DNA from: Candidatus Krumholzibacteriia bacterium
GTDB taxonomy: Bacteria; Krumholzibacteriota; Krumholzibacteriia; WVZY01
Assembly (NCBI GenBank): GCA_036478295.1
Contig: JAZGDW010000200.1
Location: 1-32,482, forward strand
Direction: 5' to 3'
Length of the DNA stretch: 32,482 nt
The translations under genes and the position numbers were made by a program. The notes under the pieces are model-generated. The model saw nothing but the letters and a program-made list of their open reading frames with translations, made no database searches and had not been told where the DNA came from. Shown in pieces: positions 1-8,597 of the stretch (within the stretch, counting starts at the first letter, position 1; each line of letters opens with the position of its first letter).

Positions 1-1
1 G

Positions 2-529
2 TCAGTGGCGGTGCTGGGGGGCAGCGCGGCGATGATGCTCTTTCGCTGCCTGCGCATCCGTGAGGCTCTGGCCGCACTGGACAGTGCGGTGCTCCTGCTG
101 CTTGCCGCGGCCATCCCGCTGGGCCTCGCGATGGAAAGGACGGGGATGGCCGCCACGCTGGCCGAGTCGATCCTGGGACTCGCCCAGGACCATGGGCCGG
201 TGGTCCTGATCAGCGTGCTCTATCTAATTACCAGTGTCCTCACCGCGTTCCTGACCAACACGGCAACGGCGGCGCTCCTGGTGCCCATCGTCCTGCAGGT
301 CGCCGTCACCTCGGGGTACGATCCCAAGCCGATGCTGATCGCCGTCATGTTCGGCGCCAGCGCCAGTTTTGTAACACCGATCGGTTACCAAACCAACCTG
401 CTGGTCATGGGGCCCGGCGGCTACCTGTTCCGCGACTATCTGAAAATCGGCCTGTTCCTCAACCTGCTCCTGTGGATCGCCGCCACGGTTCTGATTCCGG
501 TATTCTGGCCTCTCGGGGGGGCGATGTAG
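2..529 (+). CDS. SLC13/DASS-type (CitMHS/TrkA-C-associated) permease, C-terminal part; 5' end outside window
   Basis: Hydrophobic helices with family motifs LTAFLTNTATAALLVP and ASASFVTPIGYQTNLLVMGPGGY; frame is open from the window edge. Confidence 0.85.
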   Translation, partial: SVAVLGGSAAMMLFRCLRIREALAALDSAVLLLLAAAIPLGLAMERTGMAATLAESILGLAQDHGPVVLISVLYLITSVLTAFLTNTATAALLVPIVLQVAVTSGYDPKPMLIAVMFGASASFVTPIGYQTNLLVMGPGGYLFRDYLKIGLFLNLLLWIAATVLIPVFWPLGGAM

Positions 530-684
530 TGCACGGCCTGCCGGGTAACGCCCCAACTCTCGAGCATTGGGTTTTGGAGCGCTGCGCTCCGTGAATGACT
601 AGAGTCATCTTTCAGAGCTGCGACCCTTGGACCCGTGGCGCCGGCGCCCGAGGACTGATTAGAGTTATTCTCCCCGGCGCAATG

Positions 685-693
685 TGGTACGCT
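685..693 (+). promoter_or_regulatory. Possible extended -10 promoter element for gltA
   Basis: TG-G-TACGCT about 50 bp upstream of the GTG start; no clear -35. Confidence 0.3.
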
Positions 694-742
694 AACCCAG
701 TAAGCCCCAGATCAGACACGGTACATGCGAGGAGGTAGAGAG

Positions 743-2050
743 GTGGCTGATACATTAACCATTACAGATAATCGTAACGGCGAAACATACGAAATCCCGA
801 TTTCGTACGGGACCTATCCGGAATACGGCGCGTCGATACCCGCGGCGGCGCTGAGACAGATCAAGTCATCGGAAGACGATTTTGGAATGATGACGTACGA
901 TCCCGGTTTCCTGAACACGGCGTCGTGCAAGAGTGCGATTACGTTCATCGACGGGGAAAAGGGTATTCTTCGTTATCGCGGTTATCCCATCGAGGAGCTG
1001 GCGGAGAAGAGCAGCTTCCTGGAGGTCGCGTACCTCCTTCTGAACGGTGAGCTACCGACCGACAAAGAGCTCGGCGAATGGACTCACAACGTTACGCACC
1101 ACACGATCATCCACGAGAAGATCAAGAAATTCATGGAGGGCTTCCACTACGACGCCCATCCCATGGGTATCTTGATTTCGACCGTGGCGGCGCTGTCGAC
1201 ATTTTATCCCAAGGCCAAGGACAGCGGGGACCTCGACGGGCGGCTCAAGCAGATCTATCGCCTGGTCGCCAAGATGCCGACCATCGCCGCATTCGCCTAC
1301 CGGCACCGAAAAGGCATGCCGTATTCGTATCCGGACAACGATTTGAGCTACACGGGCAATTTCATGAACATGCTCTTCAAGATGACGGAGCTGAAATACG
1401 AGCCGAACCCGACGCTGGAGCGCGCGCTGGATGTCCTGTTCATTCTCCATGCCGACCACGAACAGAATTGCAGCACCAGTGCAATGCGTGGCGTTGGAAG
1501 CTCGCTGCCCGATCCGTACGTCTCGGTTGCGGCAGCCGCCGCGGCGCTGTACGGGCCGCTGCACCGCGGCGCAAACGAGCAAGTGCTGCACATGCTGCGC
1601 GAGATCGGCAGCAAGGACCGGGTGCCGGAATACGTGGAGCGGGCCAAGTCGGGAGCGTATCGGCTCATGGGATTCGGACACCGTGTGTACAAGAACTACG
1701 ACCCGCGCGCGAGGATTCTCAAGGAAATGGCGCAGCAGGTTTTCGACGTCACCGGCACGAACGAACTTCTGGACATCGCGATCGATCTCGAGCGCATCGC
1801 GCTCGAGGACGAGTACTTCGTCAAGCGCAAGCTCTATCCGAACGTCGATTTCTATTCGGGAATCATCTACCAGGCGATGGGATTTCCCGTGGAGATATTT
1901 CCGGTGCTCTTTGCGATACCGCGGACGATCGGCTGGCTCGCGCAGTGGCAGGAGATGCTCGATGATTCCGATCAAAAGATCGCGCGGCCCAGGCAGGTAT
2001 ACACCGGAGCGGACACACGCAAGTACGAACCGGTCGACAAGCGCCGTTAG
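743..2050 (+). CDS. gltA: Citrate synthase
   Basis: Motifs YDPGFLNTASCKSAITFIDG, LRYRGYPIE, LHADHEQNCST, LMGFGHRVYK, YPNVDFYSG; GTG start at 743 with GGAGG at 731-735. Confidence 0.95.
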   Translation: MADTLTITDNRNGETYEIPISYGTYPEYGASIPAAALRQIKSSEDDFGMMTYDPGFLNTASCKSAITFIDGEKGILRYRGYPIEELAEKSSFLEVAYLLLNGELPTDKELGEWTHNVTHHTIIHEKIKKFMEGFHYDAHPMGILISTVAALSTFYPKAKDSGDLDGRLKQIYRLVAKMPTIAAFAYRHRKGMPYSYPDNDLSYTGNFMNMLFKMTELKYEPNPTLERALDVLFILHADHEQNCSTSAMRGVGSSLPDPYVSVAAAAAALYGPLHRGANEQVLHMLREIGSKDRVPEYVERAKSGAYRLMGFGHRVYKNYDPRARILKEMAQQVFDVTGTNELLDIAIDLERIALEDEYFVKRKLYPNVDFYSGIIYQAMGFPVEIFPVLFAIPRTIGWLAQWQEMLDDSDQKIARPRQVYTGADTRKYEPVDKRR

Positions 2051-2057
2051 GGGAAAC

Positions 2058-2717
2058 ATAGTTCAGGTCGCCGGCATCTCCGGCAGGGCCGAAGCGCAGA
2101 TGCTGGTGGAGTGCGGCGTCGATTTTCTGGGCTTTCCGTTGCGAATCGACGTCCACGACGAAGATATTTCGGAGGAGGGTGCGGGGGAAATCATCCGCTC
2201 CCTCCTGCCGCCGCACTTTGGAGTGCTGATCACATACCTCAGCACCGCCCGTGACATCACGTCGCTATGCGAAACGCTGGGTGCGTCCATCGTCCAACTC
2301 CACGGACAGGTCGCGTCGGCGGAGCTCGTGAGGCTCAGGAAGACCCTTCCCCTGCTTCGCATCATAAAGAGCATCGTCATCCACGAGGGCGCGGAGCTTC
2401 CCACCAGGGTGATCGACGAGATGGGAGATTTCGTCGACACCTTCATCCTGGACACGTTCGACCCGGCGACCGGAGCCAGCGGTGCCACCGGTAAAACCCA
2501 CGACTGGCAGCTCAGCCGCCGCATTGTCGAGTACTCACCCCACCCCGTGATACTGGCCGGCGGTCTCACGCCGGAAAACGTCGGCGATGCCATCCGGCAG
2601 GTGCGGCCCGCGGGAGTCGATGTTCATACGGGCGTCGAGAACGCGGACGGTCACAAGGACCGGGGACGCGTGCAGGCGTTCGTCGCCCGTGCCCGCGAAG
2701 CGTTTGCGCAGGCCTGA
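2058..2717 (+). CDS. trpF: Phosphoribosylanthranilate isomerase (TrpF)-like protein; start uncertain (ATA at 2058, first ATG at 2100)
   Basis: Motifs VQLHG, FILDT, GATGKTHDW, ILAGGLTPENV, GVDVHTGVE; first strand reads VQVAGI instead of KICGI. Confidence 0.75.
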   Translation: MVQVAGISGRAEAQMLVECGVDFLGFPLRIDVHDEDISEEGAGEIIRSLLPPHFGVLITYLSTARDITSLCETLGASIVQLHGQVASAELVRLRKTLPLLRIIKSIVIHEGAELPTRVIDEMGDFVDTFILDTFDPATGASGATGKTHDWQLSRRIVEYSPHPVILAGGLTPENVGDAIRQVRPAGVDVHTGVENADGHKDRGRVQAFVARAREAFAQA

Positions 2718-2738
2718 GCACCAGCGAAGCTGGGGGGA

Positions 2739-2767
2739 TTGCGGGAAATCGTCCGAACCGCTATCAT
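2739..2767 (+). promoter_or_regulatory. Putative sigma70 promoter for the ThDP enzyme/ALDH pair
   Basis: TTGCGG (2739-2744), 17 bp, TATCAT (2762-2767). Confidence 0.45.
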
Positions 2768-2917
2768 GGGGCTAAGCGTAAACGAGTGGATACGCGTGCA
2801 CCAGCCGCTCGGGGCGGTCGACTACAGCTGTCGTCATGAACACGCTGCGGCGCTCATCCACTGCCCATACCAGACACGCGTGTTACAACGGCCATCCAGC
2901 TACGGAGATTGAGGGCC

Positions 2918-4558
2918 ATGAAGGCTTCTGACCTGTTTGTTAAAGCACTCGAAGCCGAAGGCGTCGAATACGTATTCGGCGTGCCTGGGGAGGAAAACCT
3001 CGACCTGCTGGAATCGCTCCGCGATTCCGGGATCAAACTAATCCTGACCCGCCACGAGCAGGCGGCGGGTTTCATGGCGGCGACCTACGGGCGCTTCACC
3101 GGCAAGGCGGGTGTGTGTCTGTCGACCCTCGGTCCCGGTGCCACCAACCTGGTGACGGCGGCAGCCTATGCCCAGCTCGGGGCGATGCCGATGCTCATGA
3201 TCACCGGCCAGAAGCCGGTGAAACACAGCAAGCAGGGGCAGTTTCAGATTGTCAACGTGGTCGACATGATGAAGCCCCTGACCAAGTACACACACCAGAT
3301 CGTCAGCGGTGACAACATTCCGTCACGGATTCGCGAAGCCTTCCGCGTGATGGAGCGCGAACGGCCCGGCGCGGCCCACCTCGAGCTGCCCGAAGACGTC
3401 GCCCGTGAGGAATGCAGCGCGCCTATCATTCCGAAGAGCCACTCTCGCCGGCCCGTCGCCGAAGAAAAAGCGGTGGCCCGGGCCATCGAAACCATAGAAG
3501 CTGCCAAACATCCATTGCTCCTGATCGGTGCGGGCGCGAACCGTAAGATGACGTGCCGTGCACTGCGGGGATTCATCGACAAGACGGGGATCCCTTTCTT
3601 CAGTACGCAGATGGGTAAAGGTGTCGTCGACGAGCGCGACCCGCTTTTTCTCGGCAACGCGGCGCTGTCTTCCGGAGATTTCCTGCACCGGGCGATCGAT
3701 CACGCTGACGTAATCATCAACGCCGGACACGACGTGGTCGAGAAACCGCCGTTTCTGATGGAGCCGGGAGGGACGACGGTCATCCATATTAATTTCGAAT
3801 CCGCCTCGGTCGACGCGGTTTACTTTCCCCAGGTGTCCGCCGTGGGAGACATCGCCAACACCATCTGGCAGATTACGGAGCGTATCCACAAACAGGGTTC
3901 TTGGGACTTTACGTATTTCATGAAGGTTCGCGAGCACGTGGAGGCGCACCTGCTCGAAGGCGCCGACGATCCGCGCTTTCCCATGTACCCGCAGCGTATC
4001 GTCGCCGACGTGCGGCGGGTCATGCCGTCGGACGGCATCATCGCCCTGGACAACGGTGTGTACAAGATATGGTTCGCGCGCAACTACAAGGCGCACCAGA
4101 CCAACACGGTGATTCTCGACAACGCCCTCGCCACCATGGGAGCGGGCCTGGCGTCGGCAATGGCGGCGCACCTCGTGCGCCCCGGGCGGCGGGTCATGGC
4201 CGTCTGCGGTGACGGTGGCTTCATGATGAATTCACAGGAGCTCGAAACAGCGGTCAGGCTGAAGATGGACCTGCTGGTCCTCATATTGCGGGACAACGCC
4301 TACGGGATGATCAAATGGAAGCAGGCCGGCATGGAGCTTCCCGCTTTTGGCCTCGACTACGGCAATCCCGACTTCGTGAAGTACGCGGAGAGTTACGGCG
4401 CGAGGGGTCATCGAATCGAAAAGTCCGAGGACCTGCTGCCGACCATGGAGAAGTGCTTCGACGAGCCAGGTGTCCACGTGATCGACGTGCCTGTCGACTA
4501 TTCCGACAACGACCGCATCCTCAACCGTGAAATCCAGGAGAAGAGCAAATTGGTGTGA
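2918..4558 (+). CDS. ThDP-dependent enzyme, acetolactate synthase large-subunit-like family
   Basis: FGVPGEEN, TRHEQAAGFMA, STLGPGATN, ThDP motif GDGGF...RDNAYGMI; ATG at 2918 after GAGG. Confidence 0.9.
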   Translation: MKASDLFVKALEAEGVEYVFGVPGEENLDLLESLRDSGIKLILTRHEQAAGFMAATYGRFTGKAGVCLSTLGPGATNLVTAAAYAQLGAMPMLMITGQKPVKHSKQGQFQIVNVVDMMKPLTKYTHQIVSGDNIPSRIREAFRVMERERPGAAHLELPEDVAREECSAPIIPKSHSRRPVAEEKAVARAIETIEAAKHPLLLIGAGANRKMTCRALRGFIDKTGIPFFSTQMGKGVVDERDPLFLGNAALSSGDFLHRAIDHADVIINAGHDVVEKPPFLMEPGGTTVIHINFESASVDAVYFPQVSAVGDIANTIWQITERIHKQGSWDFTYFMKVREHVEAHLLEGADDPRFPMYPQRIVADVRRVMPSDGIIALDNGVYKIWFARNYKAHQTNTVILDNALATMGAGLASAMAAHLVRPGRRVMAVCGDGGFMMNSQELETAVRLKMDLLVLILRDNAYGMIKWKQAGMELPAFGLDYGNPDFVKYAESYGARGHRIEKSEDLLPTMEKCFDEPGVHVIDVPVDYSDNDRILNREIQEKSKLV

Positions 4559-4638
4559 CGGGTTACCATGTGTGGCGGGATTCCCACTCGCCGCCCGGTT
4601 GTCCGCGTTGCGCGTGTTCGTGAGTGAGGGGAGCCGTA

Positions 4639-6078
4639 ATGACGAAGAAATTCTCGCTGAAAATCCCGGGGGCGAAAACCAGTGACGGTGTTCTGCGGGT
4701 AACGGCGCCGTTCGACGGCAAAGCGATCGGTGAGATAGTGGCCGCCGACGCCACGGCGGTGGACGTTGCGTTGCAAAACGCCGCCCGTGTCTTCGGCGAC
4801 CGCGACGGGTGGCTGGAGCCTGCCGAACGCATGGCAATACTGGGGAAAGCCGCCGGTATCATGAGTGGCCGCGCCGAGGAACTGGCCGTGGAAGCGGCGC
4901 GCGAAGGCGGCAAGCCGCTCATCGATTCTCGCGTGGAGGTCGCGCGCGCCATCGACGGCGTCAAGAACTGCATTGAAGTCATGAGGACGGAATCGGGCAG
5001 GGAAATCCCAATGAACTTGAACGCCGCCTCCCAAGGCCGCCTGGCCGTGACGCGCAGGGCGCCCATTGGAGTGGTGGTGGCGGTGAGCGCCTTCAACCAC
5101 CCGCTAAACCTGATCGTGCACCAGGTGTGTCCGGCCGTGGCGGTCGGTTGTCCGGTGATTGTCAAACCGGCCGAGGATACACCGCTGTCGTGTTTCCGCA
5201 TGGTGGAAATACTCCACGAAGCGGGGCTGCCGGAGGAATGGTGCCAGGCGCTGGTGGTCAACGACCTGGACAACGCCACGCGGTTGGCGACCGACCCGCG
5301 CGTCGCTTTTTTCTCGTTTATCGGCAGTGCCCGCGTCGGGTGGATGCTGCGCTCCAGACTGTCGCCGGGAACACGCTGCGCCCTGGAACACGGAGGTGCC
5401 GCGCCGGTCATAATCGCCGGGGACGCGGATTTGGATGCGGCCGTGCCGCTGCTCACCAAGGGCGGTTTCTACCACGCCGGCCAGGTGTGCGTGTCGGTGC
5501 AACGTGTGTACGCAGCCAGCGCCATAGCTGGTGAGGTGGCGGTTCGCCTGGCGACGGCGGCGGGCAAGCTGACTGTGGGAGATCCCACGCTCGAAAACAC
5601 GGACGTCGGTCCGCTCATCCGGCACGCCGAAGTGGACCGCGTCGAACAATGGGTGAAAGAAGCGGTGGCCGGGGGTGGTGAGCTCGTTAGGGGCGGCAAA
5701 CGCATTTCAGACTCGTGTTACGAATGTACCGTGCTCACGAACCCGCCCGAAGACGTGAACATCAGCCGGTTCGAGATCTTTGGTCCCGTCGTGTGCGTAT
5801 ACTCGTACGACGATGTGGACGAGGCCATCAGCCGTGCCAACTCGTTGCCCTTCGCCTTTCAGGCCGCCGTTTTCACACGGGATCTCGATCTGGCGATGCG
5901 TGCCTACACACGACTCGACGCCAGCGCGGTGATGATCAACGACCACACGGCGTTCCGGGTGGACTGGATGCCATTCGCCGGTCTTCGCGAGTCGGGGTTG
6001 GGGGTGGGCGGCATCCCGTATACCATGCGGGACATGCAGATCGAAAAACTGATGGTGCTGCGGTCCGGCGGACTCTAA
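4639..6078 (+). CDS. NAD(P)-dependent aldehyde dehydrogenase
   Basis: AFNHPLNL, VKPA, FIGSARVG, LEHGG (catalytic Glu), GQVCVSVQR (catalytic Cys), EIFGPV, PFAGLRESGLG. Confidence 0.92.
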   Translation: MTKKFSLKIPGAKTSDGVLRVTAPFDGKAIGEIVAADATAVDVALQNAARVFGDRDGWLEPAERMAILGKAAGIMSGRAEELAVEAAREGGKPLIDSRVEVARAIDGVKNCIEVMRTESGREIPMNLNAASQGRLAVTRRAPIGVVVAVSAFNHPLNLIVHQVCPAVAVGCPVIVKPAEDTPLSCFRMVEILHEAGLPEEWCQALVVNDLDNATRLATDPRVAFFSFIGSARVGWMLRSRLSPGTRCALEHGGAAPVIIAGDADLDAAVPLLTKGGFYHAGQVCVSVQRVYAASAIAGEVAVRLATAAGKLTVGDPTLENTDVGPLIRHAEVDRVEQWVKEAVAGGGELVRGGKRISDSCYECTVLTNPPEDVNISRFEIFGPVVCVYSYDDVDEAISRANSLPFAFQAAVFTRDLDLAMRAYTRLDASAVMINDHTAFRVDWMPFAGLRESGLGVGGIPYTMRDMQIEKLMVLRSGGL

Positions 6079-6092
6079 GAATTGCGGTTTGC

Positions 6093-6113
6093 GACGTAGC
6101 GGACTTAAAAACC
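6093..6113 (+). repeat. Left att-like core, direct repeat of 11808-11828
   Basis: GACGTAGCGGACTTAAAAACC vs GACGCAGCGGACTTAAAAACC: 20/21 identical, last 16 bp exact. Confidence 0.85.
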
Positions 6114-6241
6114 CGAAATCACGACTCCAACCACCTCGTTGTAATCACTCCAGTTACATCCTAATTACTTTCAAATAATTGTGTTACACAGATTCTGCTT
6201 TCGCCGGGTCTCGTCCAATTCTATGGCATCTTGGCCGCGTA

Positions 6242-6263
6242 CGTGGCACAATTTTCGCACACC
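6242..6263 (+). repeat. Tandem arm-type-like sites, left end
   Basis: CGTGGCACAAT-TTTCGCACACC: GCACA at 6246 and 6257, 11-bp period, same orientation as the pair at 11714-11735. Confidence 0.55.
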
Positions 6264-8579
6264 ATGATCGGCCAAACCATATCCCACTACAAGATCCTCT
6301 CCAAACTCGGCGAAGGCGGCATGGGGGTGGTCTACAAAGCTTCCGATACGAAGCTCAAGCGCACCGTGGCACTCAAGTTCCTGTCTCCCCATCTCCTCGC
6401 GAACGACAAAGACAAACAACGTTTCCTGCACGAGGCCCAGGCAGCCGCCGGTCTCAACCACCCCAATATCTGCACGGTTCACGAGATCCACGAAGCCGAT
6501 GGGCACACCTTTATGGTGATGGAGCACATCGAGGGGACGAGCCTGAGGGACAAGATAGAAAGCGGTCCGATGGCGATCGATGACGCGCTGGAGACAGCAC
6601 TCCAGGTGGCGAAGGGGCTCTCCAAGGCGCACGGCCAGGGGATCGTGCACCGGGACATCAAGCCGGGGAACGTACTGCTGACAGAAGACGGTGATGCCAA
6701 GATCGTGGATTTCGGTCTGGCGAAGCTGGCGACACAAACCAGGCTGACCAAGACGGGGGCCACGGTGGGAACCGTGATGTACATGTCACCGGAGCAGGCG
6801 AAGGGCGAAGGGGTGGACCACCGGACCGATGTGTGGTCGCTGGGGGTCGTGCTCTACGAGATGTTGGCCGGCAGGTTGCCGTTTCGGGGAGACATAGAGC
6901 AGGCAGTGGTCTACTCGATCATGAACCAGGACCCGGATCCGGTGACATCGACACGTAAGGACGTACCGATAGCGCTGGAGGATATCATTGAGAAGGCGCT
7001 TTCCAAGGATCCGGAGAAGCGGTACGAGAGTGTGGATGCGTTCCTCGCAGCTCTCGAGGAACAACGGGACCACCGGGTATTGGGGATCACGGAGCGACGG
7101 TTCACGTTTGTGCGGAAGCTTCGGCGCCGGAAGCGGCTAACGGCGGGAGTGGCAGCGGTGGTAGTTGTGGCTCTGGCGGCTGTTCTAATCCAGACGCTCC
7201 ACACGCGCAGCATGGAGATCGACTCGGTGGCGGTGTTGCCGTTTGTGAACCTTTCGGGCGACGAGGGCCAGGAGTACTTTAGTGACGGCATGACCGAGGC
7301 ACTGATCAACGAGCTCGGACAGATCGGTGCGCTCACGGTGATCTCGCGCACATCGGTGATGCAGTTCAAGGGCACCGACAAACCGCTGCCGGAAATCGCC
7401 CGGGAGCTCAATGTCGACGCAATCATCGAAGCGTCAGTAACGAGAGACGGCGAAAAGGTGCGGATCACCGCGCAGTTGATCCGCGCCAACCCCGAGCGGC
7501 AGATGTGGGCGGAAAGCTACACGCGGGACGCCGGCGACTTGCTTTCACTTCACGCCGAAGTTGCGCAGGCGATTGCGGAGCGCATAGAGGTGGCGGTGAC
7601 AGCGCGGGAGCAGGAGCGCCTCACGCACGTTCGAACCGTAGATCCACAAGCTTACGATGCCTATCTCAAGGGCCGTTACTACTCGTATGTGTGGGCGGAG
7701 GAAGAGATGAAGAAGGGGCTCAGGTACTATGTGGAGGCGATCGAGATCGACCCAACCTACGCGCAGGCGTACGCCGGGCTCGCCGACTGTTACAGCACTC
7801 TCGGTTTGTTTGGATTTATGCCGGGCGACGAAGCGATGCCGAAGGCGAGGGCGGCGGCGAAGAAGGCGGTGGAACTCGAGCCATCACTGGGGATAGCCCA
7901 CGCTATGCTTGGCTGGGTCAAGTTCGCGGGCGATTGCGACTGGTACGGCCCCGATGCAGATTTCCGACGTGCCGTCGAGTTGAGCCCTAACAATGCGGAC
8001 GTTCATACGTGGTATGACCAATATCTTACGACTACCGGACGATTTGACGAGGCGATCGTCCATAGCAAACGAGCAGTTGAACTCGACCCCCTGACGCCAA
8101 CGACGGCATTGCATCTCGCCTGGGTCTACGAATATGCCGGACGATACGACGACGCAATCGAGGTAACGAAGATGGCCATTGAGATGAAACCGAGCGATCC
8201 TTATGGCCAACTGCAATTAGCGGGGGGGTACCTTGGCAAAGGGATGCGTGCGGAGGCAGTTGCCGCTGTTGACTCGGCGCTTGCCCTCTCGACGGATCCA
8301 AACGATCAGGTGATGCTGGTCTGGGCTGGCTATGGCTATGGGCTTTTCGGTCGGACGGATGAGGCTGAGGAAATACTGGACAAACTGGTCGCGCCCATCC
8401 GTAAGGCCATGGTTTGCAAAGGCCTGGGGCGAACCGACGAGATGTTCGAATGGCTGGAGAAAGCGTACGAAAACCCCTCGGGTTGTATGATGGACCTGGT
8501 GATCGACTTCGGAGAGCATCGCGACGACCCGCGCTACATCGATCTGTGTCGAAGAATCGGCATTCCCCTCGATGAGTAG
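6264..8579 (+). CDS. Hanks-type Ser/Thr protein kinase with TM helix, TolB-N-like domain and TPR repeats
   Basis: GEGGMGVVY, VALK, HRDIKPGN, DFGLA, YMSPEQ, DVWSLG; basic stretch then hydrophobic helix; SVAVLPFVNLSGD...YFSDGMTE; several TPR-like repeats. Confidence 0.93.
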   Translation: MIGQTISHYKILSKLGEGGMGVVYKASDTKLKRTVALKFLSPHLLANDKDKQRFLHEAQAAAGLNHPNICTVHEIHEADGHTFMVMEHIEGTSLRDKIESGPMAIDDALETALQVAKGLSKAHGQGIVHRDIKPGNVLLTEDGDAKIVDFGLAKLATQTRLTKTGATVGTVMYMSPEQAKGEGVDHRTDVWSLGVVLYEMLAGRLPFRGDIEQAVVYSIMNQDPDPVTSTRKDVPIALEDIIEKALSKDPEKRYESVDAFLAALEEQRDHRVLGITERRFTFVRKLRRRKRLTAGVAAVVVVALAAVLIQTLHTRSMEIDSVAVLPFVNLSGDEGQEYFSDGMTEALINELGQIGALTVISRTSVMQFKGTDKPLPEIARELNVDAIIEASVTRDGEKVRITAQLIRANPERQMWAESYTRDAGDLLSLHAEVAQAIAERIEVAVTAREQERLTHVRTVDPQAYDAYLKGRYYSYVWAEEEMKKGLRYYVEAIEIDPTYAQAYAGLADCYSTLGLFGFMPGDEAMPKARAAAKKAVELEPSLGIAHAMLGWVKFAGDCDWYGPDADFRRAVELSPNNADVHTWYDQYLTTTGRFDEAIVHSKRAVELDPLTPTTALHLAWVYEYAGRYDDAIEVTKMAIEMKPSDPYGQLQLAGGYLGKGMRAEAVAAVDSALALSTDPNDQVMLVWAGYGYGLFGRTDEAEEILDKLVAPIRKAMVCKGLGRTDEMFEWLEKAYENPSGCMMDLVIDFGEHRDDPRYIDLCRRIGIPLDE

Positions 8580-8597
8580 ATCTGGCCTTGATATCTC

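Noticed and set aside
1431..2057. 200-aa N-terminal extension of the TrpF ORF, or a gltA-trpF frameshift fusion
   Set aside because: It is the +1 frame of gltA with Arg/Ser-rich nonsense composition; no slippery site seen
2768..2917. TPP riboswitch or ilv attenuator before the ThDP enzyme
   Set aside because: No CTGAGA/CCTGA TPP core, no Leu/Ile/Val-rich leader peptide and no terminator; only short stems such as AGTGGAT/ATCCACT
6244..6259. Sigma54-like -24/-12 match TGGCAC-N5-TCGCA
   Set aside because: The implied start site would fall inside the kinase ORF; better explained as the arm-like GCACA pair mirrored at 11714
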